51,714 bases of DNA from Callorhinchus milii (taxonomy: Eukaryota). A program made the position numbers and the translations under genes. This document shows, piece after piece, positions 1 to 13,000 of the stretch; within the stretch, counting starts at the first letter, position 1, and each line of letters begins with the position of its first letter. Location of the stretch: contig NW_024704898.1 in assembly GCF_018977255.1 (NCBI RefSeq), positions 62,001-113,714 on the forward strand, given 5' to 3'. Below the pieces are notes generated by a model. It saw nothing but the letters and a program-made list of their open reading frames with translations. It was not told the origin of the DNA and ran no database searches.

Positions 1-261
1 CACGTTAGGGAACCACAAAGTGCTCACGGAAGAATCATAAAACTGCAATAAAACACAAAACGGATTGTAAACAGATTGGATCCATTTCAGCCCCTTTTTG
101 CCTCTCTGTCGAAGACTCTGTAATCTGGTTCTGGGTCTCCGTGTTAAACGCTGTGCCTGTGTCTCCTTCTTAAGTTCCGTCGTACCCGTATGTGTGTGTC
201 TCAGTGTTTTGCTGTGTGACTGCGCTGCGTGTGTGTCTGCGTGTTAAAAATAATAGTAATT

Positions 262-903
262 ATTAGCGTTCATTGCAAAAGGTTTAGAGTACAAGAGTAG
301 GGAAGTCTCGCTGCCACTGTGTAGGGCTTTGGTGAGACCGCACCGAGAGGATTGTGTGCAGTGTTGGTTTCCTTATTTAAAAAAGGACATACTTACCCTC
401 GAGGGGGTGCAGCGCAGATTCACTCGGTTAGTGCCTGGGATGAGGGGACTGACCTATGAGGAGAGGCTGAATAAACTATTCTCTATCGTACAGAAGAATT
501 AGGGGAGATCTTATTGAAACATATACGATTATTAAAGGGCTGATAAAGTAGTCACTGAGGGTCTGTTTCCCCGGTGGGAGAATCTATAACCGGGGGTCAC
601 AGTCTGAAAATTAAGGCTCAGCCTTTTAGAACAGAGTTGAGGAAACATTTCTTCACTCAGAGGGCAGTGACTGTATGGAATTCACTCCCCCAGAAGGGCT
701 GTAGATGTCAGTCCTCGAACATCTTCAAGGCTGAGACTGAGAGATTTTTAAAACATAGAGGGATTAGGGGATATGGGGAGAGGGCAGGTAATTAGAGTCA
801 GGTCTGAAGATCAGCCGCGATCTTATCGAATGGCGGGGCACAGGCTCGAGGCCGAATGGCCTCCCTCCTGCTCCTCATTCTTATGTTCTTATGTTCTTAT
901 GTA
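262..903 (+). mobile_element. CR1-type LINE, 3' fragment (end of ORF2 plus 3' UTR with TTCTTATG tail)
   Basis: Degenerate CR1 ORF2 C-terminus (GHSLKI...FRTELRKHFFTQRAVTVWNSLP in ORF 574..795), ending in gaatggcctc...ttcttatgttcttatgttcttatg. Confidence 0.85.
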
Positions 904-1889
904 ATGTGGTCACTCAATCCACGACTGTGTGTGGGGTACTGCTGTGCAGCATTGGCTGCCGTTGTTGGTTGGCTTTCGCCCTCAAAAAAGATACAGTCAA
1001 TTCACTCTGCAGTGTATTCTGTGAAGTGCTCTGAGACACCTCAAAAACGTGATAAGGCGCGATATCAAATGCAAGGATTGTTGAGCTTTATAAATGTGTG
1101 TGTGTGTCAGTGTTTAGCTGTGTAACTGTGTGTGTGTCAGTGTTTAGCTGTGTAACTGTGTGTGTGTCAGTGTTTAGCTGTGTCACGATGCTCGGGTCTC
1201 TGTATTTTTCTCCATCGCTGTGATTGCATTGTGCGCTGTAAGTGCTGTTTGCCTATCAGCTGAGCTCAGGGGTTGCACTCTCGCCTCCAACCTCTTTACG
1301 GTGTGTCCCGCGAAGCGCTTTGAGACACCTCGACGACGTGATAAGTCTCTGTATCAAACGCAAGGATTATTACTATTATTATTATTATGATTTCTCAGGA
1401 CTGAGACAATCCTCGGTGAATGAGTGAGTGAGCGAGCGAGCGAGCGAGGGAGGGAGGGTGTGAATGAGGGAGCGAGCGAGGGAGGGAGGGAGGGAGTGAG
1501 GGTGTGAGGGAGGGAGCGAGCGAGTGAGGGAGGGAGGGAGCGAGCGAGTGGCCTGGTATTAGTTAGCAGGCTGCTCTGCCTTGCTTTAGTCACCTGGCAT
1601 TACTGTACTGTAAGCTGATGACTAAGTTTTGCCACAGCCCTTTTGCCAAAACACACATAAGGAATAAATTGCTCGGCACAGAACCTTCCGAGTTCCTGGT
1701 GACTCCCTTGTTCCACTCTTTCCCCTTATATTTCAAAACAAAATGGATTCAGAGTATCGTATCATTTGCAGCATAGACGAGGGAACTCCTATGAACTCAG
1801 TGAACCTGTGCTCACTCCCCCACTGGAGGAATCACCATCACTGACCTGTTTCACGTCGTCCTGTGTCATGTCTGTAATATCAGACATGT

Positions 1890-2120
1890 GGAGACCTGTA
1901 GCTCAGTGGTTAGAGCGCTCGCCTCGCAAGCGAGAGACCCGGGTTGGATTCCCGGCAGGTCAGGGCGAAACCTTGGGCAAGTTTCCTTACTCCACACGCC
2001 TGATAATAATCCCTCAAGAAAAAAAAACAGTAATAAATTGGTCACTTCAAACCACGACTGTTGGTGGGACGCTGCTGTGCGCAATCGGCTGCCGCGTTTC
2101 ACCCCCAAATAATTATTATT
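1890..2120 (+). mobile_element. tRNA-derived SINE (Ala-like head), partial
   Basis: A-box tagctcagtggttagagc, stem-loop ctcgc-ctcgcaa-gcgag and B-box-like ggttggattcc, continuing into a body shared with many other copies in the window. Confidence 0.8.
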
Positions 2121-2739
2121 AATAATAATAATTATCCTTGCATTTGACGCAGCACCTTATCACGTCGTCAACACGTCTCAAAAGCACTTCACGGGACATA
2201 CCGCGAAGTCGTTTGACTGTGTGTTGCGTGGGCCAAATGCGGCAGCCATATTGCGCGAAGCCACAGAGTGAGCGATGAGTTTTAGGAAGGTGACTGTCAG
2301 CCCGAGAGGCAGAGAGGGAGAGAGAAACTCCCTTCTCTTTTCGAGTAGCGCCGTGGGAGATCTTTAACCTCCATCGGGACAAGCAGCGTGGGTTTGGGTG
2401 CTGAGGTCGGGGCTCCGCGCACCCAACCATTTCCATCCGGTTACTCCTGGACTCCGAAAATAGTCCATGGGCTTGAAGTCAGTCGGTTGCTACAGAAACA
2501 CCAAATGCACACAACGTAGAGGGGAAACTGCATGAATGAGACAGTACGACTCACACAATAGAATCCTGTTACAAAGAGATGGCTTTAATGAGAGAGTAAT
2601 GACAGATTACTGAGTCATTCACTGTTTTCAAAATAACCGACCCACCCAACTACCTACCGCCGATTGTCTCCGCCTCACGGTCCTGTCCTCTACTCATCCC
2701 GACCAGAGCTGTATCAATAAGAATCCTTGTACTTGATAC

Positions 2740-3480
2740 AACAACAACAACAGCAACAAGGTTACATGTGTATTGCGCCTTTCACGTCGGGAGGACGTCC
2801 CGAGGGGCGGGACAGTGACAGCATTTCAGACCCGAGCTGAGGGCCGGGGGTGAGAAGGGAGGGGAGGGGATGGCCAATGGTATGGTCAAAGAGGAGGGTC
2901 TTGAGGCGGGACTTGAAGGAGGCTGAGGAGGGGGTGAGGTGAAGTGACTGTGGGGATGGAATTCCAGAGGTTGGGGGCAGAGGGGCTGAAGGCTCTCCCG
3001 CCAATGGTGGGGCGGGTGGGACGGGGGACGTGGAGCAGCCTGAGCGGAGGGATCGGGCGGGTTGGTAGGGGTTAGGAGGTCACAGAGGTAGGGTGGGGCG
3101 AGGCCATGGAGGGCTTTGTCAGGTGAGGACCAGGATCTGGAACTGGATCCTCTGAAGGATAGGGAGCCAATGGAGTTGGGCGAGAGTGTGGGAGATGGGG
3201 TCATGGAGTTTGGTGCAGAGTTCAGGATTATCTGCAGCTGTGGAGGGAGGGGTTGGGAAGGCCGACACGCAGGGCGTTTGCATAGTCGAGCCTGGAGGTG
3301 ATGAAGACATGAACAAGAGTTTCAGCACCTGAGGGGTGAGGGAGTGGCAGAGTCGGGCCTCACGGAGGTGAGGGAAGGCAGAGCGGGTCTTGGATGTGGA
3401 GATGTGGGGAAGAATAGATAGTTGAGGGTGGAGCAAGACCCCCAGGTTCCTGACTGGCAGTGAGTTGTAGTGTGCGGATG
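2740..3480 (-). mobile_element. L2-type LINE 3' fragment
   Basis: Minus-strand peptides VRNLGVLL, LAQLHWLPILQRIQFQILVLT, KALHGLAPPYLCDLL and FKSRLKTLLF are typical of the L2 ORF2 C-terminus; (TTG)n tail. Confidence 0.85.
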
Positions 3481-3489
3481 ATGTCACCA

Positions 3490-3872
3490 AGTATACTGTG
3501 AAGTGCAGTGACTGTGTATTTTGTGGGCGAAACATTGCAGCCACTTTGCACACAGCAACGTCTCCACAAACAGTCATGGAACGAGCGACCGATTTTATTT
3601 GGGGGATTGTCGGCCAGGAGACCGGGGGAGAGAGAGAGAAACTCCCTTCTCTTTTCGAGCAGCGCCGCAGGAGATCTTTAAGATCCACCCGCGGACAGGC
3701 AGACGGGACCTCGGTTTAACAGCTCATCCGAAGGACGGCACCTCCGACAATGCAACAGCCTCCGGTGCTGCACTGGAGCGTCAGCTTAGACTGTGTGACT
3801 CCAAGGGCTGACGTGGGGGCTCGAACCCACAAGCTTCTGATTCGGAGGCGAGAGAGCTACCACTGCGCCGGA
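3490..3872 (-). mobile_element. Deu-domain SINE (SacSINE1/AmnSINE1-like) with tRNA-like head
   Basis: Minus strand: head ggcgcagtggtag...gggttcgagcccc, then gtgccgtccttcggatgag...ttaaaccgaggtccc...aaagatctcc, resembling the Deu core as I recall it; a second long copy lies at about 35420-35845. Confidence 0.6.
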
Positions 3873-6470
3873 ACTATACGCAGCATTTGTGAGCCACCCT
3901 GATCTGCCTATGAAATAATTTGAGCTGTTACCCCATGGTATGAGAATGCATCTCGTTTGGCAATGGAATCCAACTTCCTGTTTGTCTTGTACTGTTCGGA
4001 CTTGGCAAACCATCAGTGAAATCAATCAACTTCGCCCCAGAGGAACAAGGCAAGATCCTTATTGTACGCGACAAATCCTTCCCGGCTCTTGCCTCTCCCC
4101 ACCCCTGCAGGCCTGTCCAGGCTACTCCCCACGCCTCTGTTTACCCCCAGCCGTACGTAGGAACCCGGCTGTCAGTCAGTCGGTGGATCGCTTTCCAGCG
4201 GCAATAATCCCTCCAACAACAAAAAAGTTCGAACCCACGATTGTTTGTGGGGACATCGCTGGGGGTGCAATCGGCTGCCGCGTTTCACCCACCAAATACA
4301 CAGTCACCGCACTTTATAGTATGTTCTGTGAAGCGCTTTGAGACGTCTGGAAGTTGTGATAATGTGCTGGTGTCAAATGCAAGGATGATTATTATTATTA
4401 TTATTTTAAGCCCATGAACTCAGGTCCTATTGGGGGCTCTCTTGCGTCCATGAAATACAAAGGCAGATCCAACAGGCGCATTGCGAGCTTTCAGACTCAT
4501 AGAAACAGGTACAGAGGGAGCGGCTGCTGACTGCTGAGAGGCGAGAGCGTGACCAGTGAGTCAGGCTGACACACCAAATGAAACTGACTTGAGTCACGCT
4601 GAACACGTAGACAGTGCCACCTTGTGGCATTTGCTACCGATCCAGATAAAAGCTCTAAAGCAGATAAAAAACAATGTCAAATCTAATCTCAAAGCATTTT
4701 ACAGTAAGGTCCCGCGCACACGTACGATATATCTATCCGGAGGATTGTTGCCCAGAAAACTGGGAGATCCCTCCTCTCTTCCAGCGGTTTTACAATATCT
4801 TTTAACATCCAACTGGAGAACAGGCAGACGGGACCTTGGTTTAAACCCCTCATTCCCTGGATACCTCCCTGCCACTCCGACCCGCTTACTCCCCAACCCA
4901 CTTCCCTCTGCCACCGCTCGCCTGGCTCCGGCCTCCTGCTTGCCCCTCGGTTCCTCCCTCGGCGGTCGCGCTTTCAGCTGCATAAATGTCAATTGTGTAG
5001 CGTGCAATGTTCTACTGAAGTTGACCTTTTCTCTCTGATTTGGAATAAATCTGTTGAGATCATGCAACGGTGACGTGCCTGTTGGTTCTGCCTCTGTATC
5101 TCATGGACGCAAGCAAGCTCACCCCCACGAACACCACACTCAACAGCAAACCATCCCCAACGACAGCAAACAAACAAACAACCGAATTACATTTGCAAAG
5201 CGCCTTTCGGACTCACCTCACCACATGGCCTCTCCGTAAGAATTTTCTGGTCGAAAGAAGACCGAGGTCCATCAGGTGCGCCGTTCACCATCCTGGCAGT
5301 CGCTGGACATGTCGTGTCCCAAACTGTACACTGCATTTATCCCCCAGGTATTATTTTCTCCCTCACCACATGTTTTTTCTGTCTCCCTCACCACATGGCC
5401 TCTCCCTCATGCTGACCGTTCCAGTCGTGTGCCCACATATGGTACCTTATCTCCGTGCCAGGCACGGAGCAAGCACAGACCCTGCCCTACCATTGTGCCA
5501 ACAACTACACTGCCCGCGAATTAGCCCCATGGGAGTGGCACCAAATGCGGGAGCATGACTGACGGGCTCTGTGTGGCGAGAGATGGCGACTGACAGGCTT
5601 GGGGTGGCGAGAGATAGGCCCTGTTTGACAATTTGGGGGTTTGTTAGCTTTGGGGGTTAATGGGTTTGGAGGTTGATGGGTTGGGGGGCTGTTGGGTTGA
5701 GGGGTTGTTGGGTTGGGGGGGGGGGGGGTTGATGACCTCTAACAGACGCTCTGCTCAGTGCCTCAGGACGAACTCCCACTGTGAATCGCTCTGCGTAAAG
5801 GCTATTTTTTTTGATCAAGTGATCAAAGGGTTCAGAAAGACCCGGTACTGTAACCAATGCATCCAAGATATTGATGACAGGACCATGATATTGAACACAA
5901 AAACTCACACCGTTAACAGAATCAGAATAATTAACAAGTTCAGAATAATATCTGGATTTTAATTTCACTATTAGTTCAGGTTTATCACAACAACGTACAT
6001 TTCCTGCATCTGCATCCAAAATGAGAATTCTGTGTCCATTTGTAGATCAGTTTCGATAAGAACTTTAAAGCCCTCACCCCACGTAAGGGCGTTAAAGCCT
6101 GACACTCCCCCCACCCCCCCCCCCCAGTGTTTCTCTCTCCCAGTGTCCTGGTCAACAAGGCCTCTGGTAGAATCGGTCACTCGCTTCACAACTATTTTTA
6201 GGACATTGCTGTGTGCAAATGAGCCGATACAGTCACTACACAATCCTGTGAAGCGCTTTGAGAAGTCTAGACGATGTGATCAGGTGCAAATGCAAGGATT
6301 GTAAGGATTATTAAAGATACACTGAATCAAAACTAAATTCTACGCTATAACATGATAATAGCCCTTCCTGATCTGTTTCACCTCTGTTTTCCAGTGAAGC
6401 GCTTTGAGACTTCTCAACGACATAAGGCGCTATATGCAATGCAACGATTACAACAACAACAAGATTCCAT

Positions 6471-7349
6471 TCAGGGAGCGCCTTTCACGTCGGGAGGATT
6501 GTTAACCGGTTGGAATTCTTTCTCCAGCAAAATGTTGAACTTCTCTTTGAGTATTTTTTCGTGATCTCCCTTGCCGACAGTCGTGAGGGTCACCAAATCC
6601 TCGCCCTCTCTATAGCCGAATATCCACTCGCTGTAGGTCGAGCCTATGAGGGCTTTGAAGCCCTCAACGGTCTGAACAGCGCAAATGGATTTATTGACAA
6701 ACAAGGACTTGGGGGAGGTTTGAAGCTCCAGGTTTACGTCCTGAAAGTCCTGTAAGGTACAAGTTGCGAGTGTGAACTTGTACATTTTCTGGTGAGGGCT
6801 TCGACTGAACAAAGAAGAGTTGGCATAGCTTTCATCTGCGGCCTGCAGCTTTCTGCCATATCTTTCGAGCTCCCAAACACCATTTTCTTCAGTTAGCCGA
6901 TAGACACCAGGAAGCTGAGGCTGGTCTTTTCCTGAGGTTAACTCCAGTGGTTGCCTCATCTGCTTCAATACCCCAAATCCGACGTCACTTAGGTAAGGCT
7001 TATTATCAATGGTGGTCAGGAGCACGAGGTGATCAACTTTGGCAGAGTACATGTTATCTTCGCAGTTGTACACTTGCGATCCTAACATCACAACATCGTA
7101 TCCCATCTCCTTTAATACCCAGTAGAACAGTCCGTTGTTTTCAGTGCACCAACCACCTCGCTTTTTCTTAACTATTTTGTCATAGATCATCTGTAGGTCA
7201 AGGCCAATGTCTTCCCCGCAGTGAATGCTGAGGTTTTCATATGGGATTGCTAAAGTGTGCTGCTCATGAATCCTTCTGAGTGTCTCCACATCTGCCTTGT
7301 CGTCCTGACCCTGATAGCCAATCCTTGCAAAATATTCAGGAAGATTCAT
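6471..7349 (-). CDS. NAT: Arylamine N-acetyltransferase (NAT1/NAT2 family), single coding exon, 292 aa
   Basis: MNLPEYFARIGY, IPYENLSIHCGE, RGGWC (catalytic Cys), DHLVLL (His), SDVGFG (Asp); splice acceptor cacacag|AAAA-ATG directly upstream; intronless CDS as in vertebrate NATs. Confidence 0.95.
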   Translation of the reverse strand: MNLPEYFARIGYQGQDDKADVETLRRIHEQHTLAIPYENLSIHCGEDIGLDLQMIYDKIVKKKRGGWCTENNGLFYWVLKEMGYDVVMLGSQVYNCEDNMYSAKVDHLVLLTTIDNKPYLSDVGFGVLKQMRQPLELTSGKDQPQLPGVYRLTEENGVWELERYGRKLQAADESYANSSLFSRSPHQKMYKFTLATCTLQDFQDVNLELQTSPKSLFVNKSICAVQTVEGFKALIGSTYSEWIFGYREGEDLVTLTTVGKGDHEKILKEKFNILLEKEFQPVNNPPDVKGAP

Positions 7350-10300
7350 TTTTCTGTGTGATAAATAATAATATAATAATCCTTGCATTTCACACAACAC
7401 CTTATCACGTCTTCAAGACAAGACCCTAAAAAGGAAGGGAAACGGGCAACGACAGCTAAATTATTTTCGAAAAGTTTTGGAGAGAATGGTTTATAATGGT
7501 ATTGGATCAGCTCCATCTTCGACTGCTGGCATAAAGGCCCTATTATCTGTAAGGCTATTAATACGGTAACAGCCGAAGGCACGGTCGAAGAGGAGGGTCT
7601 GGAGATGGGTCTTGAAGGAGGCAAGGGAGGGGGCGAGGTGGAGGGACTGTGGGATGGCGTTCCAGAGGGTGGAATGTAGATACGTGGCATAAATATACAA
7701 ATACATGTGGCCAAGATATTGATAGCACAAGTGGTCGGGGCACATTAAGCCAGGGTCGAATTATCAGGAGTTTGCTGAATGTAGACTGTACAGTTCATGA
7801 CATGTAGCGTGTGTTTATTCCATCGGTTTATACTCCAACCCTCCTAATCACCTCGCTGCTGCACCCCTCTATTTATATGCTATGTTTCGCCCACAAAATA
7901 TACAAGCAATTCACTCTACAGAATACCCCGTGAAGCGCTTTGAGATGTCTCAACTTCATGATAAGGCGCTGTATCAGATGCAATGATTCTTATATTAACC
8001 GTTTCCTTTGAGGAAGGGGAGCACGGATGAAGGTGAGGAGAGTGAAGATGGCACTCCCGAGACGCTTGTCCACGGAGAGAGCAAATCAATAAGTTTTACA
8101 AATCTGAATCCAGTTCCATTAATGGAGTTTTAGCATTTGAAACGTATAAAAGTGAGGCGTTTACCCCTTCTGTTCACCTGCTCTCACACTGCCTGTCTCT
8201 TTTTTCACACTCGTGTTCTCTCCCGTTGTTCTCACAGGAAGATCCATCGCTCTCTCCCTTCCTGAATAAGAACCTGTTAATAAGAATCTGTACAAGAATC
8301 TCTTACCTGCGCCCTTCCACACACGTTCAATAGCAGTTTGGGGAGGAAAACGGAATGGTCAAAAAATGAAAACGTGTGTGAAATGGTAACCTCATTCTCT
8401 CCCCCAGAAAAGCCACCGTCATAAACGTATCCCATGACCCGTTTCCAATCAAAATCACAAAGTACACGTACTTGCAAAGTGGATGAACTTTGAAGTCGCT
8501 CGAACTTTCAACGGCTGATTCAGCAATGCAGTTGGGTTGATCCAAGTGCTGTGTCCAACCTGGATTGCTGAGGTGATCTTTATTGGTGACGTTGCTCCAC
8601 CTACGAGGTTTTAGTGGCTGAATGAGCCCTAACAAGAAAAACTAGTCCCTGCCCAGGCCAGTCATTGCCAGCTGTCTCCAATTGTGAAGTAGCTTCTTAA
8701 ATAACCCTCAACTCGTGACTGACTGTGGGACATTCCTAATTGGCAGCTGTACTTTGAGACGTCGCAATGACATGATAACACCAAATGCTCGGATTATTAT
8801 TATTATTCTTTGTATAAAATAATAATCCTTGCAATTGGTATAAAGCCTGAGAGCGTGTGTTGCGGGGGGGGGGGGGTTGGTGTAGTGTGTGCACTGTCGG
8901 AGGTGCCGTCCTTCGGGTGAGATGTTAACCTGAGGTGCCTTGGCCAATAACCCCCAAATAAAATTGGTCACTCACTCCGTGGCTGTTCGTGGGACGCTGC
9001 TGTGCACGAGTCCCAACTTTGGGCTCGAACCCACAACCTTCTGACTCCGAGGCATGTCTGTACATTATAGTGTTAATACAGTACATGCTGTGAAGGGCTT
9101 TGAGCCGTCTCGACGATGTGATATGGCGCTGAATCAAATCCGAGGATTAGGATTTATTTTTAAAATCATCTTAAACCTACAATTACACGGAATTTTAGAA
9201 AAGTGTTCACTTCAGTCTTAATCCAAGGCTACTTATCACGTGGAGGAGGAGTGATCGAGGAGGATAGGTCGTTGCGGGAGGATGCCCAGAGGGGAAGGAG
9301 TTCAGACACGTACACACACACGCACGCACGCACGCACACGCCTGTGTTTCCCAGCAGTCAGTAGGAACCCGTTTATTAGTCGACTGGGGATCACTTTCCA
9401 GTCCTGATAATCCCTCCAGAAAATAATAATAAATTTGTCACTTCAACCCATGACTGTTTGTGGGGACGTCAATTGGCTGCTGGGTTTCCCCCACAAAACA
9501 CACAGTCACTCCACTTTACAGTGTATCTCGTGGAGCGCTTTGAGACGTCTCGAAGACGTGATAAGGCGCTGTGTCGAACGCGAGGATTATTATTATGGAC
9601 CGGGGAGGCAATGTTAGGCCACTGGAAAGGGGAACGGGAGGTGGAACAGACGGGAGTGAAAGGGAAGGTTGGACAATCCTTCCGTGTGAAACGAACCCAA
9701 GGCCCAACATCTAAACAACCCCGAACTGTTCCGCAATAAGACATTTCAGACTTGAGCTCCTTTGGGTGAAAAAAAACAATAATTTAAAGGCGGTTAAACT
9801 TTGCATAAAGGTTTGTTCGTGTCGGCAGCAAACGGTGAAAGATGTCCGTGAAAGTTCCAATGGGTCAGAAGGCAAAGCCTTTCTTTGCTCCGCACGTACT
9901 CATGGGTATACATACACGTGGGTACTCGCAGTGTGCTCCATGGATACAGAGCCAAAACACAACCCCGGGGTCTCTCCATCGCATGGCTTTGACCCCCCCC
10001 CCTCCCCGCACCTCATTTAACCACGTTCAGCGCCAGCAATTTTCACCCCAATATATTGTCAATATAGTCCCTGTACTCGTTTCTCAGTCACTGCAGACTG
10101 TGCCTCTCCTCGAGCTGTTCGTTGACCGTCCAGCACTTTGGGACGTCCTCCTGACGTGGAAGGAGTTGTGCAAATGGAATTTGTTCTTGTTGTTGCTCGC
10201 TGGGTACAGTGGAAGACTGGATGCGTTGGCAATGTCGCACGGACTTTGAGTGTGCTGTGCTGTTGCCCGTAAATCCATCCTCGGATCTGCCAGGAAGCCT

Positions 10301-10964
10301 CTGAGGGGCTCGGACGGGCGCTCCACAGCGCTCGGGGACCCAACTGGTTACGTGAAAGGCGCTGTACAATTGTACAATCGCTGAAATGTGCTTCTCTCTG
10401 TGCGTTCCCACGTCTGAATGGCTCCGAGACACTACCCTGTGTGGCGGGGGCAATGTCAGTGTAAGTTGTCGTTGTTATGGCTGTTCGTGATTAATAAGGC
10501 TTGAAGCTCTTGCGTAGTGAGTTGCTGGGGTAGGGACGGAATGCAAAAGGCGAACGTTAAGATCTTATCTTCCAATCCTAGTCCGTCTGAAACCACCCAG
10601 TTGTCATCCAATGGATCGAATGGATTGTCATTCAGGTTCCTCACCCCCTGGAGGTCAAGTCGAGGATCATTGGGATTGCCAACTGCTGTGCTACTGTGGG
10701 TTAGGAGTCAGATGCACGTGCACTCCCTTGCTGAAGGGCAGTGATGGCCAACCCGCGGGCCACTTCTGGTCCATGGGGCTGTCGTGACGTGGCCTGCCCA
10801 ACACTGGCAGCCGCCCGGGGATGAGGCACGTTCCAAATCAATGCCTTGTTTCCCGTAGCTACCGAGTGGCGCTGCGTTGCCATAAATCAAGGAAGATTCA
10901 ATCAAGAGAATGCAGTTGGTTGGCTGATCAAGAAGGTTGGCCAACACTGCTGTAGGACCTCAAA

Positions 10965-12070
10965 TTAACTGAGAGGCTTCCCAGGACTCTGAGGAAGCAG
11001 CGGCTTAGGCAGGAGCTCAGGCTTGATGGACGCTGCCCTTCTTACCCTCCGCCCCGTGCCAGCTTGGGAATCCGTCCGAGCTAAACCTGGAGGAGGGAGG
11101 CTGCCCGGCTCGCAGGGGGCAGGCCTGCTTGCGGTGTGGTCCGTGACTCCAGGAGAAGGCGGCAGTGGATTCCGTGACAGCAGCGATCTCCCGTTGGCTT
11201 CCACCGCCGACCGGCACTGCCCTCCCGGTGGGCACGTGCCAACCAAGCTGTCCCGAGGCAGCGTGCAGGAGGTGTAATAGGCTGCCGTCTCGGTATCGGG
11301 CACTCTCGGCTGGTTGCGGTTTGCCAAAGGGACGGCTGGGCACACGATGGCTGTATCGATCAGCTTGGCTTCCGTGCTTCCACCCATCTCCTGGATTTGT
11401 CTCATCAGTGTGTCCAGTGCGACCTCCTTGATCGGGAGAGCAGTGGGGAGTTTGTGCTCGTCCCGGACTGTGATTGCGTCTCGCTCGCGGGCACCGTGTG
11501 CGGGAGCAAGCGCAGGCACAGGCCGATCGTGTGTATTGTTGGGCAGGACGGCCGCGCTCGGGATGTGGACGTTCTGCCCGCTCGGGGAGCGACGTATGGG
11601 GCCGGTTAGCCTGCAAGCCTTGACCTCTCCAAAGTCCTTGGCGTCATTGTGGTTCAGGTTCCTCAAACCCGTCGACCTTCTCACTGGAAGTTCTGGAGTG
11701 GCGTCCGGTGTTGGCAACCCGACCAACTGCGGGCATTGGTCCTGCGGGTTCTTGGGCTCGCCATTGACCAGGAAGCTGGTGTACATCCGGGGTGAGCAGC
11801 CGTCTTCTTTCCCTTCCTTGGCATCGCCATCCAACTCCAGCAGCCTGTTGAGCTTGACCAAGGTGGGGAGCGAGATGGTGGGAGATGGGCAGCAGGTGTC
11901 GGCCATTTTGCTGCTGCGCTTTGCCTTGCTCAGGGCACGTCTGCAGTAAAGGGACAGCAGCAGCCCCGACACGAGACCTCCCAACACGAACGAACAGACG
12001 GTGGAGATGACCAGGAGGTTGACGGTTACGTCCTGACCAGACTCTTTGTTCCCCTGCTCTTGGCTCACGC
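10965..12070 (-). CDS. SEMA6C: SEMA6C terminal exon (TM helix plus cytoplasmic tail)
   Basis: Acceptor ctctcagttgcag|GC GTG AGC; open to the stop at 10965. Confidence 0.88.
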
Positions 12071-13000
12071 CTGCAACTGAGAGAGAACAGCTCGTCAGAT
12101 TGCCACCAGCATTGTGGCGGTTACACCGAGAGCCGCAGTAAAGAAGCAATGAGTGTATGAAGATTATTAGTTGCTGTCCTGTGCCCAGCCGTCCCTTCGG
12201 CACTGCCTGCTCCACGTCCTCCTGCCGATGCCTGCCCCGCCCCACCATCGGAGGTCAGGCCTTCAGCCTCTCTGCCCCCCCAACCCTCTGGAACTTCATC
12301 CCGGAATCCCTCCGCCTCACTCCCTCGTTTGTCTTCTTCGGGGCGTGTCTCAAGACCGTCTTCTTTGACCGTGCCTTGGGTCGCAAAATATACAGTCACT
12401 ACACTTTGCGGTGTATCCCGTGAAGCACTTTGAGACGTCGCGAAGACGACTGGGGATCAAAAAGAGAATTTAGGAGGAACTACTTCACACAGATTGTGGA
12501 ACTGAGGAGGTGGTCGAGTCAGACAGTGATAATATAATAATAATAATCCTCGTCACGTCTTGGAGGAGTCTCAAAGTGCATCACACAATAGACTGTAAAG
12601 TCAACTGACTGTGTATTTTGTGGGCGAAACGCGGCAACCGATTGCGCACCGCAGCGTCCCCACAAACAGTCGTGGAGCGAGCGACCAATTTTATCCGGGG
12701 GAATTGTTGGCCAGGACACCGGAAGAGAGAGAGAAACTCCTCCTTTCTAACAGCACTGCGGGATATCTTTGACGTCCACCTGAACAGGCAGACGGGACAC
12801 ACAACCTTCTGACTCGGAGACGAGAGGGCGACTGAGTCAAGTTGGGTATTATAAATGCAAGTTGTCGTCGTCGTTGAGGGTAAGAGAAAACGTGAGGGAG
12901 TGAGAGAGGTCACCGGGACATTACACCGCACACCAACTCACCCTCACACGTCTCCTGTGGTAGCCGGGCTCCAAACTCAATGTCCTGCTCGTAGCCAGAC
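10965..13000 (-). CDS. SEMA6C: Class 6 semaphorin (SEMA6C by motifs and synteny), 3' part only: exons 13000-12942 and 12070-10965
   Basis: SGYEQDIEFG...TCE exon (AG/GT flanked) splices in frame to GVSQ..., TM helix LLVISTVCSFVLGGLVSGLLL, cytoplasmic LPTPDATPELP and KPELLPKP motifs; neighbours TNFAIP8L2/LYSMD1/SCNM1. Confidence 0.85.
12942..13000 (-). CDS. SEMA6C: SEMA6C penultimate visible exon (SGYEQDIEFGARLPQETCE), 59 nt
   Basis: ttcccag|G...G|gtgagt; phase 2 in, phase 1 out, matching the terminal exon. Confidence 0.85.

Noticed and set aside
7350-7400. N-terminal extension of NAT in the ORF track
   Set aside because: It is SINE-tail sequence upstream of a splice acceptor; family homology starts at Met 7349.
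12071-12248. N-terminal part of the 427-aa ORF
   Set aside because: Intronic and partly L2-derived; the semaphorin exon starts at the acceptor at 12070.
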